Shown piece by piece: positions 57,889 to 64,000 of a stretch of DNA of 64,000 nucleotides (the first letter of the stretch is position 1; each line of letters starts with the position of its first letter). Source of the stretch: the human T2T-CHM13v2.0 reference genome, Homo sapiens. The notes beneath the pieces are model-generated. The model made no database searches and was not told the origin of the DNA. It saw only the letters and a program-made list of their open reading frames with translations. The stretch lies in the NCBI RefSeq assembly GCF_009914755.1, contig NC_060926.1; one strand, given 5' to 3'. The position numbers were made by a program, and so were the translations under genes.

Positions 57889-58949
57889 CATCTTATTCTC
57901 TTATTATGGGATAAAAGGATATACCATATTTCTCTTTTTAAGACCCAAACAATATCATTATGGGCAAAGTTTTGAAATAATAGAATGAAATTCCCTTGAA
58001 ATTTACTGAATGTTTAATACCAAGACAAAACAAGTTCTTAAGAAGATGCATTAAATAATTTCATTACAAAGACATTAATTTAGAGTGTTTTATACAATTA
58101 TTGAAATAATGTGGTCAAACTAGATAGTCCACCCTATACAACTCAAACCAAAGACTGCTGCTTTGGAAATTCTGATATCCAGTTTAGCTGCCCAAATTTT
58201 AGTAAACTGGACCATCGCCACATCATTTCATTTTGTGTTGTGTAAATATGTCCTACTGCCTAAAATACTATTTAGTTTCTTCCATTTCTACCTCCAGGCA
58301 CTGTGCAACTTAAACAAATGCAGACAGATGCTAAGTAACATATGGTTTCTATCAATGTCTAGTGTAAAAATGGCACTGATTTTTCTGATGATGCATATTG
58401 TTTCCTTCTAAACATATTCATTAACACATGTAAGTAGATTGGTACAAATAAAATCAACCTGTAAGTGAAAACCAAAAACATGTAATTGGTAAACACATGG
58501 TTTGTTCAAATGAAGCCCTAAAATATTTGTATATTTTTTCAAATATTAACCTGTAACCAATTTTACCTACTTTAAATTCTTAAATATTCTTATTTTATTC
58601 AAAATAGTGAAAGCAATTATCTTAGAGTCTTAGAGAATGTTTACAAAAATCCTTCGATTTCTTTAAATTTTATAATATCCCTTTCTATCCCCGCATAACC
58701 ACAGAACAGAAAATGGGGTTTGTGGGTCCAGATTGTTTGTATTTCATATTTTTTACATATAATTATTTTAAAATGCCATTTCAACATTTAAAATGCCATT
58801 TCAACATGCAATTTTGGCCAGCAGAGTTACAGAGGCAGTTGATGTTATTGTGTCAACAAAATCATTATGCTTTATATGTAATGAAACCGTGTCTTTCAAT
58901 TCACTTTTGGAACAATTTTAGAAGTAAGTAGCGTCAAGTCACTATGTGT

Positions 58950-59160
58950 AGTTCAGACAGTGAATCTGAACTCTGCCATCTATTGATGGTATAACTTTGG
59001 GTAAATTATTTAAGATCTTGAATCTTTAATTTCCTAATCTGTAATTTAGGGCTAACAATTGTACTTCATAGGATTGGCTTAAAAGTTAGAGGAGATAAAT
59101 CACTTAAAATGTTAGCATAACATCTAACCCATGATAAACACTCCATGTTAAGTTAGCTGT
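58950..59160 (+). mobile_element. MIR SINE
   Basis: 'ctctgccatctattgatggtataactttgggtaaattatttaa...tttcctaatctgtaatttaggg'. Confidence 0.65.
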
Positions 59161-60489
59161 TGTTTTTTAGCATAATTATCATATGGTTGATTTTAATCAA
59201 ACGCTCTAATGGTTTTTAGGTACAAATACTAAAATAGCATCCAGGTTTACCTCAGTAATGTCAAACTTCCTCTATATTAAAATAAGTATGTTTTAAGTAA
59301 CTCAATCAAACAGAAAAATAGTCATTTTTTTTCTTACCAAACAAGAATTATCATTAGACAGAATTTCCATATGATGAAGGGCAATACATAAAGCAACCTA
59401 AATTATCTTCCCAGGAAATTTCATTCTTTCTATAGTTGTTGCCAAATTGCCAGGTTCACTATCATGCAGATCCCAAATATTATAGTACTTCATCTTCAAA
59501 TTTCTGCCACTAGTATGGACAATAACCTTGCCTCTGTTTTCCATTTGCTTTTGACATGAGCTAAAAACTTCCAAACTACTTTTCTCAATACTAATTATGA
59601 GCAAAATGAATCATGAAAGGAGAAAGTACAAGCAATATAAGAATAGCACAGTCTACAAAGTATTGCTTTCTTATTCTAGCTTATCTAATTTAATTTCCAA
59701 ATTCTCAGATCTTTTCCCCAAAAAAACACTAGCAACATATCCAAAAGGAAAGCCCTGTCAATCTGAACACTGCCACAAACCATAGGCAGAAAACAACAAG
59801 TATATTAAAAGAATCAGTAGTGTGACTATCTTTTGTCTATTCAATGGAACTCTCAAGTTGATGGAATCACATGTTTACATATGAGAAGTAGATATAACCT
59901 CTTTCAATAGCTCTCTTTTGGAGGCTGCTGGTGATCCAAATTAGATTAGGCCAGATTAGAAAGAGGGTGAGTATTTCAACCAAGGTGCTCAATGAAGGTC
60001 CTAGAGGATAAATTATTGCTCTTCCTCCATTATGCTCCCTCTTCCCATGCCCTTGGGCTGCTTATTTAATGAAATATAGTAGTATCAGACTGCATAAGGA
60101 ACAGCCATGTCCATTTTGTATGGACAACTGATTTTCTACCATTTGTGAACTGCTTTGGTAAGACTGCTTTTCCTGGTCTTCTAGTGAGCAGGAAACCAAG
60201 AGAAGAAAGTCTTTCTGAATACCTGTGATTCTTGGGCTCCAAAACCAACCAACCAAACAAAAACCTTTTTAGAGGCAAAATTTATAATAATAGCAGCCAC
60301 GATTTTTGAAACCCTTAGACTATCCCCAGCATAGAGATAAGCACTTTAAAGTTGCTATCATATTTAACAACTCCTTGAAGTATTATTGTCTTTTAATAAA
60401 ATGGAGGTAAGTTTCTCAAGGTTACACTCTTATAAAAAGTGATCTATTGAGTTTGAATTTTGAAGTTCTCAAGGAAGCAATAAGGCTTC

Positions 60490-60870
60490 TGACTACTTTA
60501 TAATCCATCTAGTCACTTACTATTGGATAGTAATATTTTGGCCACTGTTACTAGAACTGGGGAAACAGTTGTGAATAATACAAAGCAAAACCCTGACCTC
60601 ATGTGACTCACACTATAGCAGAGGGTAAATAGGCACATAAATTAAACAATGTAATCCCAGATAGTGGTATGTGCTTTTTAGAAATTAAAACAGGACTAAG
60701 GGATACAAAAAGAATGTGGCCAGGGTGAGAAGAATACTTAACATACAGTTGAAACAAGAGAGTATAGAGGAGAGAAGTATTCCAAATGGGGAAGACATCC
60801 CTGTTTGTCAAAGCCCTGAGCTTAAAGTTTCTGAGGGGCAAGAACAGGCCATGTGACAGAGTACAAGGTA
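60490..60870 (-). mobile_element. L2 LINE fragment
   Basis: 'ggccactgttactagaactggggaaacagttgtgaataatacaaagcaaaaccctgacctcatg' resembles the L2 3' region. Confidence 0.55.
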
Positions 60871-61898
60871 AACGTCCACCATGGCTTTTTTTCCATTCTA
60901 CAGAATGAGTAAATTAAATTCAAAGAACATCACTTACTGAATGGCTTTTTGATTCTGAAGTTCATACTCTTTTGTGTTATATAGCTTTTTTAACAATTAA
61001 TGAAAAATTGTTTACTTTATTCTGTTTTTAAATTATTCCCATCTCTTTCATGTAAGACCTTCTTGGTTTTTGACATCTTAATGTTTCATCAGCAAATATT
61101 AGCAGCATAATATCTAGTCATTCTGTTTTTTCTTTTTCCTAAATACTAAAAATATGCTACAGTTTTGAGAGTGTGCTTTGACTTTCTCATATATGTCTGT
61201 GGGTATGATCGAGAAAAATAAACTGTCTATAATAATGGAAAACCTGATTGTAAAATATATTATGACTTTTGGGAGAAAAAATGTTATTTATTTCTATTTT
61301 CTATTTCAAATAACGAAGTTTTAATCTATTCAAATAATGATATAATTTTCAAAATTTATTGTCATTCTATTGCCAGGAAAACTTAGGTATGCTTAAATTA
61401 AATAGCACATTTAATTAGCTCAAACAGAAAAGATTAAATTCATGATTCAGAATTTGCATATTTATCAAATATATCTGTAGGAATAAAGATATGTGATATT
61501 TAATGTGGATTTATAGCTTTATATTTTTTATATCTTAAGTCCAAATTATCTAATTCAGTTACTGTATTTATATTTCCATACCTGGGACTCTTCTCCATAA
61601 GCCAGTAATAGCAATGACCTTATAGCAGACAGGTTAATGTTAAAGCATGTCCATTACTTCTTGCACTACTCTGTCTGCATTCAAACCGTATACTTTATGT
61701 AGAAATGCAATTATTTTATTATATAACTAAAATGGACATATTGGAAACATTTTGGCACCATCTCACTTTATGGCATAAGAATGTTTTCACCTCTCACAAC
61801 ATTCAGTTGGAGAGGGATGGATTTTTATGTACACTAACTGATTAAAATTCATTAATTTGGAGATAGACCCAATAAAACATTTAAGAAAACCTATAGTT

Positions 61899-62177
61899 CT
61901 CACGCCTGTAATCCCAGCATTTTGGGAGGCCAAGGCGGGCAGATCACGAATTCAGGAGATCAAGATCATCCTGGCTAACACGGTGAAACCCCGTCTCTAC
62001 TAAAACTACAAAAAAGTAGCCGGGCATGGTGGCGGGCTCCTGCATAGTCCCAGCTACTCAGGAGGCTGAGGCAGGAGAATGTTGTGAACCTGGGCGGGAG
62101 CTTGCAGTGAGCCAAGATCGTGCCACTGCACTCCAGCCTGGGTGACAGAGCGAGACTCCGTCTAAAAAAAAAAAAAA
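61899..62177 (+). mobile_element. AluY-like SINE, slightly 5' truncated
   Basis: 'atcctggctaacacggtgaaacccc', 'gagcttgcagtgagcc'; A tail. Confidence 0.92.
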
Positions 62178-62537
62178 GTTAAATAAATAATATCTAATGT
62201 AAAGCCTGGGATACAGACCGCAGAATAGGCTATATCTCAGGACCATAGTGTATAACAAATTTACAATGAATAAATGGACGTACCGTGAGTTAAGAGAGCA
62301 AGGGTGATGCTGGGTAGGCAGTGACAGGTATGCTGTTCAGGGAATACTAGATGACTACTTTTGAACTCAGTCCTTGTCAAACCTCTGACAGTGCAGTATT
62401 GCCAGGTTTTAAATAAATGAAAAGCGAAAGTTCCAATTTGTCAAAACAGGTACAACATCAGAGTAATTAGTAGAGCAAACTCTATAGGTTTCAACGTAGG
62501 ATTTCATTAATAGTTAGCTGTGTTTAAATATGGTTTA

Positions 62538-62670
<133 letters not shown>

Positions 62671-64000
62671 AAAGATTAATCGTGCACAATTTTCAGAGAA
62701 AAGTTATAGCTTAAAGAAAAACTGTACTTGCTCTAATTGAAGAAAAATATGAAGAAACTGGAAATGAGATAACAGGTCACAATATTGGTTAAATATATTC
62801 AGATGTGATCTAAGAAAAAATGAGAATTTTGGTCATTTGTACTGAGAAGCAGAAATACAAGCACTAACAGGTTATTTTAATAAGTTAAATTGAGAATGCT
62901 TTGGTCTACCAGTTGGATAGAGGTTATTTTTTTCTGAATTTTATTTGGGACCTATGGCAAGTACCTACAAAAGATATCATTGTCTACATAGTTCCAAATA
63001 TGCAACTTGGCTTTTAAATTGTTTGGGGTCAGTATCTGAATGTTAGCAAAGACGTTCTTTAAAAAAACAAACCAACAACATTTTCTTTTTTTTTTTCCCT
63101 ATAAAAGTTGGGTAGATGTCATATGCTCTCTTTTCTGTGGAAAAAGATGAAGCCTTTTGTCTAGGTTGTGAGATTTGCTCTGCTCTCTGATTTTAAACGG
63201 TAATTAAAATATAATTTGTAACTAATTCCAGTAGAGTTTATTTTTTTTTTTTTATCTAAAGGGTTCCACTTTGTTTTTCCAAGAATCATTACGAGTAAGA
63301 GTCATTGCCTCTCAGGGCTTGGCAAGCCCTAAAGTTACGTCTCTTTCTCTTTTCCCCTCCCTCTCTGTTCCCTTTCTTTTTATCTCCTGCTCTGACTTGT
63401 TCCTTTAATTGGCTCTAATATAAAACTGAAGTATATCTGGTGAATACTGTTTTGTGTTCTCTGTTTCTAATTTAAAGAATGGATGAGTGGTAGACTTTTC
63501 TCTCTCTAAATAAAAAATAACAAACAGTACCCTAAATCAACTTTTTGTATGGTTCTTGGTTTTTATTAGGGTGGGTCAGTGACCCTCAATTACCAAAGAA
63601 GAGGAAAAAAGTTTCCCATACCGAGTAAGCAAGAATAAGTACAGTATAAGGAACTGGGTTAAGAAACAGAAAGGATCTGCTAATAGTATTTTTATACACA
63701 GTGAATGATTTTATGTGAAACATCAGCTCCTCTAGGAATTGTTTTCAGGTTAGTTGGATGAAAGCTAATAATTTCTATTGCCCCTGACTCCACAAGAACA
63801 TGATTCATGAACCATTCAAATTCAATATTTTCTGAGGTGGCCCTACTCTTCTTTGGATCTAGCTGCAGTCTTTCATCTTGTTTTACACAGATGCTTCTAC
63901 TGATTTGAATTTTAGAGTCTTAGTCTAATGCCTTTCTTTGTTGATGGAGACAAATAAGGCCAGACAATCTTAAGGGACATGCTGAAGGTCACAAATAAGG

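Overview
This is human genomic DNA, not a prokaryotic locus; a near-perfect AluYb8 supports the human origin. The only protein-coding content is the 3' part of CALCRL (calcitonin receptor-like receptor, a class B1 GPCR for CGRP/adrenomedullin) on the minus strand. Seven GT-AG coding exons (54425 down to 37404) splice in frame to give residues ~167-461 and TGA, followed by a long AU-rich 3'UTR with a candidate AATAAA at 34352-34357. The upstream exons lie beyond the window. Positions ~1-34300 are downstream intergenic DNA dense in Alu, L1, L2, MIR, MaLR/ERVL LTR and hAT elements. I found no new multi-gene system. The most notable structures are: an ancient ~400-bp direct duplication just past the CALCRL poly(A) signal, with one copy split by an L1; a twin-primed L1PA2 nested in an older L1, forming a 69-bp pre-mRNA hairpin; a human-specific AluYb8; a MER63A-like transposon in the 3'UTR; an Alu with double fold-back rearrangements and a G-rich tail; and deeply nested LTR elements. 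Repeat subfamily names come from recalled consensus sequences, not a RepeatMasker run, and most repeat boundaries are approximate.
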